From Aminipila sp. (GTDB lineage Bacteria; Bacillota; Clostridia; Peptostreptococcales; Anaerovoracaceae), in contig DAMCXN010000001.1 in the NCBI GenBank assembly GCA_032096995.1, forward strand, positions 68,260-132,259: 64,000 nucleotides of DNA, in the 5' to 3' direction. Made by a program: the position numbers and the translations under genes. The notes beneath the pieces are model-generated. The model made no database searches. It saw only the letters and a list, made by a program, of their open reading frames with translations, and was not told the DNA's origin. Shown here in pieces: positions 29,260 to 38,214 of the stretch; within the stretch, counting starts at the first letter, position 1, and the number at the start of each line of letters is the position of its first letter.

Positions 29260-30225
29260 TTAAGAATTTAAGATATTTCTATAAACCTTAGGAGATATAC
29301 CAGTACTTTTCTTAAACAACTCAGAGAATCGACTTGCACTCTTATATCCTACGGTTTGCGCTACCTGATTTATTGTTAAATCAGTACAACTTAATAAATG
29401 CTCCGCTTGGCTCATTCGCTTTATTTGTATATATTCTGTTATCGTACAACCATTCATTTTTTTAAAAGAATATTTCAACTTTGTTATTCCCATACATGCA
29501 ATCTTTGAAAGTTCTTCTAATGTTATATTAAAAGCATAATGATCATTTAAATATGCAACCACAGATTCCAAAAGAATTTTATCATTATCCGATATATTTA
29601 TTTGCTTTTTATCCTCTAAAACTTTGCAAAAATCAATAACTAAAGCAACAGCCTCTTCAACTTTTGCATTGTAAAACATTTTGGCTGAAATACCTTTTCC
29701 CTTATAATTTTTTATTTGATTTAGTAGTAAAATCATTTGAGGGAAATCACTAGTTTCATCAATGCTACGAAATGCATTAAAAGGATTTCTATAATCATTA
29801 ATAAAATTCTTCTTTAAATAGTCTTCATAATATTCTGGGAAGATTTCAATTCCTACACTGCGCACAGGAATACGTTTATGAATATTTGCCTTGTATGGTG
29901 TTTCTCCTCCAATAAAAGTTTTAACAATATTAGCTTCTAATCTTCTATAAGGCATTAATTCTTCACCTGAAATAGATTCATAGTAAGTAATAGTAAGCCC
30001 TTTAGGGATTTTTTCCATGACAATCATGTCGCTATAATAGAAAAAATCATGAATTTTAATATTGAATAGGTCTTTATTTTCATATACCCAGTAGTAGCCT
30101 TCACCCAATTCTTTAGAAATTTCCCAGGATTCTCCCATATTACAAAACCGCTTTACGCAGTCCACTTTTTTAAAGCCACTTTCCAATAACAATTTATCAT
30201 AATATTCACGTCTATTTGTTTTCAT
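29260..30225 (-). CDS. AraC family transcriptional regulator (PchR-like architecture)
   Basis: C-terminal double HTH: LEELSKIACMGITKLK...INQVAQTVGYKSASRFSELFKK.TGISP. Confidence 0.93.
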   Translation of the reverse strand: MKTNRREYYDKLLLESGFKKVDCVKRFCNMGESWEISKELGEGYYWVYENKDLFNIKIHDFFYYSDMIVMEKIPKGLTITYYESISGEELMPYRRLEANIVKTFIGGETPYKANIHKRIPVRSVGIEIFPEYYEDYLKKNFINDYRNPFNAFRSIDETSDFPQMILLLNQIKNYKGKGISAKMFYNAKVEEAVALVIDFCKVLEDKKQINISDNDKILLESVVAYLNDHYAFNITLEELSKIACMGITKLKYSFKKMNGCTITEYIQIKRMSQAEHLLSCTDLTINQVAQTVGYKSASRFSELFKKSTGISPKVYRNILNS

Positions 30226-30370
30226 TTTAAATCTCCTAATTACCACGATTAGACAAAACTATATCGCGATAAGACAATATATCATTAGAAATATTGTACA
30301 TCACTAAAAACTAATTTACAATGTCATAGTTAGCTAAAGCTAACTTAATAATTGAAGAGAGGTGAAAAAA

Positions 30371-31771
30371 ATGAAATCATCACAAAATACAAGAAATATC
30401 TTATTAACTGACAGACCTTTTCATTTAATGTGTAAGCTTAGCTTACCTGCTATTATTGGAATGGTAGTAATTGGACTGTACACTTTTATGGACTCACTTT
30501 TTGTAGGTCAAATGATAGGACCTACAGCCATGGGAGCAGTGTCTGTTGCATACCCATTTACCTTTATTAATAGTGGTATTGCAACGCTTATAGGTGTAGG
30601 TTCTGCTTCTGTGCTTTCTAGAGCCATCGGAAAAAACGACAAAGAAACTATAAGCAAAATCATGGGCAACTTAATAATGCTAATCTTTATACTTTCTGTT
30701 ATAACCACTATTGTTGGTGTTGTCTTTTCAAAACAACTTCTTAGACTAAGTGGAGCAGAAGGTGAAATGCTTGATTTAGCATCTCAATACCTCAAAATTG
30801 TTTTTATTGGTTCGTTCTTTGTAAATTTTGCTCAAAGTTCAAATATGGTCATGAGAGGTGAAGGATTGCTTAAACGCTCAATGCTTACCATGGGTGGAAG
30901 TGCAATTTTAAATATTATACTTGATCCCATTATGATTTATATCCTTAGACCTTCTGGATATGGTGTTGCCGGTGCTGCCTTAGCAACAATTATCACACAA
31001 ATAATACAGGCTTCTATAACATTATGGTATTTTACTAAAAAAAGCAAAAACGTTAAAATCAACAGATTATTTATTGACAGGGAACTTTTACCTCAAATAC
31101 TAGGCGTAGGGGTATCTGCTATGATGATGCAGGTTATGACACTTATACAACAGACTTTAATGTACCATACTGCTGCACAATATGGGGGAACTAATTGGCA
31201 AATCATTTTAGGAGCAAGCCTTCGTTTGCAAGCCTTCGCTTTTATTCCCTTATGGGGCATAAGCCAAGGTTTTCAACCGGCTGTAGGAACAAATTATGGT
31301 GCTAAAGAATATAGTCGTGTTAAACAAATTACACACGCTTTTACAATAGGAGCAACAGTTCTTGCATTAATATTCTATATTCCAATCATGTTTTTCCCTA
31401 AATCAATGTTATCTTTGTTTATAACTGATCCAAGTATTGTAGTGCAAGGTTTTTCAAGCTTACGTTTACTTTTCTCTACTTATATCACTCTTGGATTTAT
31501 GATTATATCTATAACATTCTTCCAATCACTTGGAAAAGGATTAATTGCAGCTATTTTAACTATTGCAAGGCAAATACTAATATTTATTCCATTAATTCTT
31601 ATTGTACCTAAATTATATGACCCAAGTATACAAGGTGTATTTATTGCCCCAGTCATTACGGATATTATTGTCCTAGCTATATCTATAGTTTTCGTACTTA
31701 AGGAATTCAAAAAAATGCATATGAACTTACAGAATCCAACTTTAAGAAAAACAGCTATTAAAATAAGCTAA
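30371..31771 (+). CDS. MATE family efflux transporter (MepA-like)
   Basis: LSLPAIIGM, NIILDPI, GVAGAALAT and QPAVGTNYGAK motifs; about 12 TM. Confidence 0.94.
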   Translation: MKSSQNTRNILLTDRPFHLMCKLSLPAIIGMVVIGLYTFMDSLFVGQMIGPTAMGAVSVAYPFTFINSGIATLIGVGSASVLSRAIGKNDKETISKIMGNLIMLIFILSVITTIVGVVFSKQLLRLSGAEGEMLDLASQYLKIVFIGSFFVNFAQSSNMVMRGEGLLKRSMLTMGGSAILNIILDPIMIYILRPSGYGVAGAALATIITQIIQASITLWYFTKKSKNVKINRLFIDRELLPQILGVGVSAMMMQVMTLIQQTLMYHTAAQYGGTNWQIILGASLRLQAFAFIPLWGISQGFQPAVGTNYGAKEYSRVKQITHAFTIGATVLALIFYIPIMFFPKSMLSLFITDPSIVVQGFSSLRLLFSTYITLGFMIISITFFQSLGKGLIAAILTIARQILIFIPLILIVPKLYDPSIQGVFIAPVITDIIVLAISIVFVLKEFKKMHMNLQNPTLRKTAIKIS

Positions 31772-31810
31772 AATAATTAGTAAAAATTTTTTAATACTTT
31801 CAAATGGCAC

Positions 31811-31865
31811 AAATTAAGGGAGTTGAATGGCACTATATCAGCGCTTTTACAACTCCCTTAATTTT
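31811..31865. terminator. Bidirectional terminator between MATE and hydG
   Basis: AAATTAAGGGAGTTG...CAACTCCCTTAATTT. Confidence 0.75.
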
Positions 31866-31933
31866 GAATCAATATTATTATAAGATTATCTTATAATATT
31901 TTATAACTAACTTATTATTCTTTTGTAAGCTTA

Positions 31934-33352
31934 CTAAAATCTAAAGTCTCTTTGTCCTTGTTCTATATTTTTCAAGCGTTCTGCGGTTATTTTTTTAGCT
32001 TTTTCTGAGGATACATTTTCAATTTCCTTTAAGATTAATTTTTCTCCAATTGCTTTTGTTTCTGAAGACGCATAATCCTCTAAATATTCCTTTAAAGTCA
32101 TAAGCGCATTAGGATGGCAGCAATTTTGAATTTGCTGTTTTTTACATAGCTCCATAAATCTATCTCCAGTTCTACCTTCTCTATAGCAAGCTGTGCAAAA
32201 ACTTGGGATATATTCCATTTCCATAAGCCATTTAACAACATCGTCAAGACATCTTGTATCACTTACTTCAAACTGAGCAGAAGTCTCCTCTTCAGGTTCT
32301 GGCTCTACATATCCACCAACACTAGTTCTTGAACCTCCACTTATTTGTGAAACCCCTAAGTGTAATACTCTTTCACGACATTTCTGGCTTTCTCTCGTAG
32401 AGATAATCATACCTGTATATGGTACAGAAACTCTAATACAGGCAACAATCTTTGCAAAAGTATCATCATCAATTCCATTGTCAAAGACATTAGGATCAAT
32501 GTCATCTGCTCTTCTAATTCTAGGTACACTAATAGTATGAGGTCCAACACCATACACTTCTTCTAAATGTTCTGCATGCATTAAAAGAGCAGCAAATTCA
32601 TATTTATATAATTCTAATCCAAACAACACTCCAAGCCCTACATCATCAATTCCGCCCTCCATAGCTCTGTCCATGGCCTCTGTATGATAACTGTAATCAT
32701 GCTTAGGTCCCGTTGGATGAAGTTTCTCATAGCTTTCCTTATGATATGTCTCTTGAAATAGTATATATGTTCCAATCCCTGCATCTGCAAGTTTTTTATA
32801 ATTTTCAACTGTGGTAGCTGCAATATTTACATTTACACGACGTATCGCCCCATTTTTATGCTTAATGCTGTAAATAGTATTAATACATTCTAAAATATAC
32901 TCTATAGGATTCTTCTCTGGATCCTCACCTGCTTCAATAGCAAGGCGTTTATGTCCCATATCTTGAAGCGCAATTACTTCCTTTTCAACCTCTTCTTGTG
33001 TCAATTTTTTCCTAGCTATATGCTTATTTTTCATATGGTATGGACAATATACACATCCGTTCACACAATAATTTGATAGATATAAGGGAGCAAACATTAC
33101 TATACGATTACCATAGAAATCCTTTTTAATCTGCTCAGCTAGAGCATATATTTCTTTATTTTTTTCTTCTATGTCACATGCTAAGAGAACTGAAGCTTCT
33201 CTATGGGTTAATCCTTTTCTTTTCTTTGCTTTCTGAATAATAGTATCAAGAAGTTCCTCATTATGCTTATTTTTGTCAGCATAATCAAGGGTTTCTAATA
33301 CCTCTTCATGTGAAATAAATTCTTCCGATTTCATTGATTTTACATTATACAT
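31934..33352 (-). CDS. hydG: [FeFe] hydrogenase H-cluster radical SAM maturase HydG
   Basis: LYLSNYCVNGCVYC, GVGPHTISVPR, C-terminal FCTACYR...C second-cluster motif. Confidence 0.95.
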   Translation of the reverse strand: MYNVKSMKSEEFISHEEVLETLDYADKNKHNEELLDTIIQKAKKRKGLTHREASVLLACDIEEKNKEIYALAEQIKKDFYGNRIVMFAPLYLSNYCVNGCVYCPYHMKNKHIARKKLTQEEVEKEVIALQDMGHKRLAIEAGEDPEKNPIEYILECINTIYSIKHKNGAIRRVNVNIAATTVENYKKLADAGIGTYILFQETYHKESYEKLHPTGPKHDYSYHTEAMDRAMEGGIDDVGLGVLFGLELYKYEFAALLMHAEHLEEVYGVGPHTISVPRIRRADDIDPNVFDNGIDDDTFAKIVACIRVSVPYTGMIISTRESQKCRERVLHLGVSQISGGSRTSVGGYVEPEPEEETSAQFEVSDTRCLDDVVKWLMEMEYIPSFCTACYREGRTGDRFMELCKKQQIQNCCHPNALMTLKEYLEDYASSETKAIGEKLILKEIENVSSEKAKKITAERLKNIEQGQRDFRF

Positions 33353-33398
33353 ATCTATTTTCCTTTCTTTAGGTCAGCAATGCTTCCCTTTCAGTAAA

Positions 33399-34502
33399 TT
33401 ATTTTATAAAATCTCCTCTATCAACAACTATATCATAGCCTATTTTTTTCATTCTGAAAACTATATCCCTCATGCATTCTGAGGCTTCATCTCCTGACCA
33501 AAGCTTATTATCATATAAAGAATAATTCTTCCTAACGTCTGTCGGTGAAAGGTTTGGCATTACAACATTTGCACCAGCCAACATGCCTAACTCTCTACCC
33601 TTTGAATTTATCGAACCTAAAGCTGTCGTTGCTGGCATTAATACTTTAGGAAGTAAAAGCCTTACAAGAGCCAAAATAAATATAGTCTGTTCCATTGTCC
33701 CGCTTTTATCTTTTGCAAATATAGTATCATGATGAGGTATAAAAGGTCCAATACCAACCATTTCAGGAGAAAACTTTTTTATAAACATTAAATCTTCTAC
33801 TAGATTATCTATAGTTTGGAAAGGCGATCCAACCATAATACCACAGCCAACCTGAAACCCTATTTCCTTTAACTGCTCTAAACAACGTTTTCTATGTGAT
33901 AAAGACATCTCCTTAGGATGAAGTTTATTGTAATGTTCAGAATTGGCAGTTTCATGTCTTAAAAGATATCTATCTGCTCCTGCATCAAAATAAGCCTTAT
34001 AAGTCTCAAAGTCCTTTTCACCTATAGATAAAGTTACCGCACAGTCAGGATAATTATTTTTTATGCTATATATAATATCTACCATTTTATCCTGTGCAAA
34101 ATAACTGTCCTCTCCCCCTTGCAATACAAAGGTTCTAAATCCTAATTCATATCCATTTTCACAGCATTTTAATATTTCTTCTTTACTAAGTCTATACCTT
34201 AAAACCTTACTATTGCTTCGCCTTATACCACAATAATAACAATCCTTTTTACAATAATTTGTATATTCAATTAGACCTCTAATAAAAACTTTTTTACCAT
34301 AATATTTTTCTCTAACATCTCTTGCTTTTTCAAACAAATATTCCGAAATTATTTCATGCTCACTTAGCTGCTCCGTTTTGTACTCTTTAAATTCCACATT
34401 AGTTTTATTTACTCTTTGACTTTCTTCATAGAGTAATAGTTGCTTTAATCCTAGAGAATCTAAATTTTGTTCTTTATATAATTTATCTATTAATTCCTTC
34501 AT
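33399..34502 (-). CDS. hydE: [FeFe] hydrogenase H-cluster radical SAM maturase HydE
   Basis: RGLIEYTNYCKKDCYYCGIR, RYLLRHET, GANVVMPNLSP..VRKNYSLYDNK motifs. Confidence 0.94.
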   Translation of the reverse strand: MKELIDKLYKEQNLDSLGLKQLLLYEESQRVNKTNVEFKEYKTEQLSEHEIISEYLFEKARDVREKYYGKKVFIRGLIEYTNYCKKDCYYCGIRRSNSKVLRYRLSKEEILKCCENGYELGFRTFVLQGGEDSYFAQDKMVDIIYSIKNNYPDCAVTLSIGEKDFETYKAYFDAGADRYLLRHETANSEHYNKLHPKEMSLSHRKRCLEQLKEIGFQVGCGIMVGSPFQTIDNLVEDLMFIKKFSPEMVGIGPFIPHHDTIFAKDKSGTMEQTIFILALVRLLLPKVLMPATTALGSINSKGRELGMLAGANVVMPNLSPTDVRKNYSLYDNKLWSGDEASECMRDIVFRMKKIGYDIVVDRGDFIK

Positions 34503-34744
34503 AGTTTTGAATACACCGCCTTGGTACTAACTCCTGACAGTCTGCCTATTTTCCCTGATAATGCACTTACTACATCTGTAGGAGCATCTAAGGCTATACT
34601 TATAACATTTATTTTTCGTTTTTCATATGGTATTCCCATACGTCCTATTATATACTGTCTATATTCATGAAGTAATTTATTAATTTTTTCTATTGAGTTT
34701 TCATTTTCAACAACTATTCCCAGTAAAGCGACTCTTGTTTCCAT
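34499..34744 (-). CDS. TM1266 family iron-only hydrogenase system putative regulator (ACT-like)
   Basis: METRVALLGIVV, IIGRMGIPY and LSGKIGRLSGV motifs; overlaps the hydE start. Confidence 0.92.
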   Translation of the reverse strand: METRVALLGIVVENENSIEKINKLLHEYRQYIIGRMGIPYEKRKINVISIALDAPTDVVSALSGKIGRLSGVSTKAVYSKL

Positions 34745-34793
34745 TAAAAATCATCCTTCCTATCCTTAGCAAAATTAAATCTCCACACAAACT

Positions 34794-35055
34794 AAAAAAA
34801 TGCATCCAAAAGACGCATTAAGTAGTTTTATTTATTATCTATGTTGCGTCTTCCATCTCAGATTTATTCTTTTGATGTCAGAAATAAATTTTTATATCTT
34901 TTGCATATGTTTCACACTTGCATCAGAACCCGTTTGGGTAACCTTTCAGATAGCCTCCTCCGTACAGAAAAATATACCAGAATAAAAAACAAGCTTGATA
35001 TTCTGACGAAAACAGCCCATATCTGTCTCTATCATAAGAAAGGTTTTATCCCCAA
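34794..35055 (-). promoter_or_regulatory. Long structured 5' leader with terminator/antiterminator (riboswitch-like, class unassigned)
   Basis: Terminator hairpin plus U-run at 34794-34819; competing 8-nt antiterminator at 34845-34852; several upstream hairpins. Confidence 0.7.
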
Positions 35056-35059
35056 TTCC

Positions 35060-35088
35060 ATTATATTCTGGCATATCAGACATATCAA
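35060..35088 (-). promoter_or_regulatory. Putative sigma-A promoter of the TM1266-hydE-hydG operon
   Basis: Minus strand TTGATA-N17-TATAAT. Confidence 0.65.
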
Positions 35089-35239
35089 TACAAAATATTT
35101 AATATTTTAATAAGAAAACCCGCGAATTACGACGAACGTTGACGAAAAGCCCTTTACTTAACTATTTAGATATTATAAAATAAAATTGTGTGAATATTAT
35201 TAAATAGAAAACACTTTATTAATCCCTAGGAGAAAGATT

Positions 35240-35926
35240 ATGATTTCAAATTTAAATATATTAGACTCTGTAGAAATTTGTATTACTGACAAAGAGCTAC
35301 AAAAACATTATTACAAAACTAAAATACAGGATATAGGATTTGATAATATATTTTTTACTATGATTCCTTCAGCATCAACTGGACGACCTGTTATCTTTTT
35401 TAAAGAACAAACATATGAACTTTACGCAAAGGCAGATGATGGTATTTTAGTATGGACAATAAAATATTTAGGTATAGAAAATATAGAAAACCTAAAGGCT
35501 TGTAAATTTCAGGCCATATTTGGTCCTGAAGTAACTCAAAGACGAGAGTTTTTCAGACAACCAGTAAGTATAAATTTAAATTACCACGTTGTTGAAAGTG
35601 ATTCCGATATTAACGCAACCCTTGAACAAGAAGGTAGAATTATAGACCTTAGCGGTGGTGGATGTGCTTTTATGACAGATCAGCAAATTTCACTTCATTC
35701 TAAACTATTAATTGAATTTGTTTTCCGAGAAGGAAATTTTGAGTTTATGGGTGAAGTCCTCGATAGAATAGATTATAAATATACTCGAGCAAATTGGAAT
35801 TATAAATATCGCATAAAATGGATTAATACGCGTGATAGAGTTATCGATAATTTAGTTAAATTAGTTTTTGAACAACAGCGAGAAATGCTTAACAATAATA
35901 ATATTAGAAATGGAAATAGATTCTAA
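35240..35926 (+). CDS. PilZ-domain c-di-GMP receptor, YcgR/flagellar brake-like
   Basis: QRREFFR (RxxxR) and DLSGGG (DxSxxG) motifs. Confidence 0.92.
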   Translation: MISNLNILDSVEICITDKELQKHYYKTKIQDIGFDNIFFTMIPSASTGRPVIFFKEQTYELYAKADDGILVWTIKYLGIENIENLKACKFQAIFGPEVTQRREFFRQPVSINLNYHVVESDSDINATLEQEGRIIDLSGGGCAFMTDQQISLHSKLLIEFVFREGNFEFMGEVLDRIDYKYTRANWNYKYRIKWINTRDRVIDNLVKLVFEQQREMLNNNNIRNGNRF

Positions 35927-35988
35927 GAGAATAAAAGCTATACAAAACAGCTGTAACTACAGGAATTTGTGTATTGGAGAAATTTATT

Positions 35989-36555
35989 ATGAAAAAATTC
36001 GTATTAATATCCTTAATTTTTATACTGCTTTTATGTTTAAACTCATGTGGCAAGTCCAAAAGCGATAATTCTTCCGAAGATACATCTTCTCAAGCAGTAT
36101 CTGCTTCTGCTTCTGTTTCTAGTGACGAAACTTCAGAACAAGAAACAAATAGTAGTGAAGTTTCTTCTGATATTACTCCCGCTCCCACAAGTGCCTCAAG
36201 CAATGATATTGAAGATTACATAAAAGAACTTATAAATTCTATAGATTCCACTAAAATCGATAGTCTAACAGTTATGGAAGCCTTAAATACGGCCGACCTA
36301 GATGATTATAAGGTTTATGTAGTTATATCCTGTAATAAAAGTGACGCCCCTTCTAATAAGCAAGAATTTATTCAAACATCTTCAAAAAATATAGCTTCCT
36401 CATTAGATTTAAAATTGGGTAATGTAGATTATTTATCTTTAGTTTGGAGATTTTCAGATTTTAAAGGAAATGAATCTATATCATATGAAAAATCCAATGG
36501 TACACTTTCTTTAAAAGAAGAAGTAAGTACTAGTACCAGTGGAGCAATAAATTAA
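35989..36555 (+). CDS. Hypothetical lipoprotein with Ser-rich linker
   Basis: MKKFVLISLIFILLLCLNSC lipobox; S/T/E-rich tether. Confidence 0.75.
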   Translation: MKKFVLISLIFILLLCLNSCGKSKSDNSSEDTSSQAVSASASVSSDETSEQETNSSEVSSDITPAPTSASSNDIEDYIKELINSIDSTKIDSLTVMEALNTADLDDYKVYVVISCNKSDAPSNKQEFIQTSSKNIASSLDLKLGNVDYLSLVWRFSDFKGNESISYEKSNGTLSLKEEVSTSTSGAIN

Positions 36556-38144
36556 ATATAAAAGCTTGTAATGCAATTTATCAACGTCTTTATATTGTTG
36601 AATTCCCTTCGTAAGATCGTATTTTTTTATTTCATCACCACTGCCAAAGTATGCACTACTAACCTCAACTACCCATCTCTCATTTTTTTCGGTTAAGATA
36701 AATTGTTTTGAATGTAAAGAGTCTATCCAGATATAAATAGTACTATTGTCCTCTTGCATATGTTTATCTTCACCATATTTTTTATTTAAAATCTGAATAA
36801 TATCCTCTTTTGAATATCCTGCTTTTGTAATATCAATATCAATATTTAAAAGAAATCTTTTAGAATCTAAAACTCTGTATTCCAAAATTGTTGAAATAGA
36901 CTTATCCAGCTCAAACCATTTTGCGTCATAACTATAATATTCTAAATCCCAGTCCAAATCATCATCATGTTACTTATTTCATAAGCTTTTTCTGCCAAGT
37001 CCTTGGAATCTTCACTCATAATATCTTCTAAAGTCTTATAAAGAATAACTGAATTAGGCATTATCTTGTCAAAATCAATAATCGACATGTTGTCAGAAAC
37101 CTTATGATTTTCTACCCCAAGATTGTTCTGTGACAAAAGAATTTCTGGAATTCCTCCTCTTACAAATGCCATATGATCACTAGCAGGTTCAATATTTTCT
37201 TTTAAGAATTCGCCCGTAACTTCTTTTGCTTTTTCATTTATAAGATTTCCTACTAAAGTATCTTTCCCATCAGTTGTATCTATCTGAAAGTATTCACTTT
37301 TATAATGTCCTAACATATCAAGCTCTATAGCTCCCATGATGCGTGCTTTTTCTTCTTTCGAAAGCTGTTTAACATAATAATCTGAGCCTAAAATCCCCTC
37401 TTCTTCCCCTGAAAAAGCTATAAAACGAATTTCAGTATCGGTATCCATGTCCGAAACAGATTTAGCAAGTTCAAGTAGTAACGCCATACCACTACCATCA
37501 TCGTTTGCTCCCACTGTGCCAGAAACCGTATCGTAATGAGCACTTACAATTAGAATATCAGGATTTTCAACAGATGCCTTTTTCACTGCAATTATATTGG
37601 TTCCTATATTAGATATCTGTTCTCCTTTTAAAGCTTCTTTATCCATAAATTCAAAATCTTGTTTTTTTGTTTTATAACCAAAAGAAGCTAATCTTTCTAA
37701 AATATATTTTCCTGCTTCTTCAGCACCTTTAGTCCCTATTTTTCTAGTGTTTTTTGTAATCTCACTTAAAGTTTTCTCAAGGGATAGTGAGCTTATTGCT
37801 TTTGGAGCACAAATATTCTGCAATCTCAATAAAGCTATTTTAGTTTGCTCTTTCGTAATATTTGCTTTAGGATCAAAACTGCCGCCTTCTTTCCCAATAA
37901 AAATTCCCTTGCTGCTCATTTTACTAACGCTTTCCATAGCCCAATCGGAGATTTTATTTGCATCAGAGAACGTTATATTCTTACTACTCTTTGCCTCCTG
38001 ACTATCCTTATTTAGGTTATAAATTCTATCCATAAGTGTTGCCGCTTCTTCGCGTGTAATGAGCCCATTAGGAGAGAATTTCTCCTCTGAAGTTCCCTTT
38101 ATTATTAAACGATTTAGTACTCCAAAAAGTTTCAAATATATCAT
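36511..38144 (-). pseudogene. Relic of an SLH-domain M28 aminopeptidase (5'-truncated, frame break near 36960)
   Basis: SLH motifs (ITREEAA, ITKEQ) and M28 motifs (SAHYD, GANDDGSG, GEEEG, ASDH). It starts mid-SLH without a signal peptide and continues in another frame (36511..36957). Confidence 0.72.
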
Positions 38145-38160
38145 ATATAAATCACTAAGA

Positions 38161-38190
38161 AAAAAATACCAGATTTAACATCTGGTATTT
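38161..38190 (-). terminator. Intrinsic terminator after the M28 peptidase gene
   Basis: AAATACCAGAT..ATCTGGTATTT inverted repeat with a minus-strand T-run. Confidence 0.75.
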
Positions 38191-38214
38191 AAAATCTTTA
38201 TATATTTTAATTAT

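Noticed and set aside
34845..34971. Calling the hyd leader an FMN, TPP or cobalamin riboswitch
   Set aside because: The resemblance is fragmentary. The FMN GGGCAGGGUGAAAUUCCC, TPP GCG-AGG and cobalamin GGGAA/GCCACUG core elements are absent.
34800..35110. ORFs 34800..34985 (+) and 34841..35110 (+)
   Set aside because: No RBS or recognisable motifs; they overlap the structured minus-strand leader.
35110..35239. Sigma-28 promoter for the PilZ gene
   Set aside because: No TAAA-N15-GCCGATA match visible.
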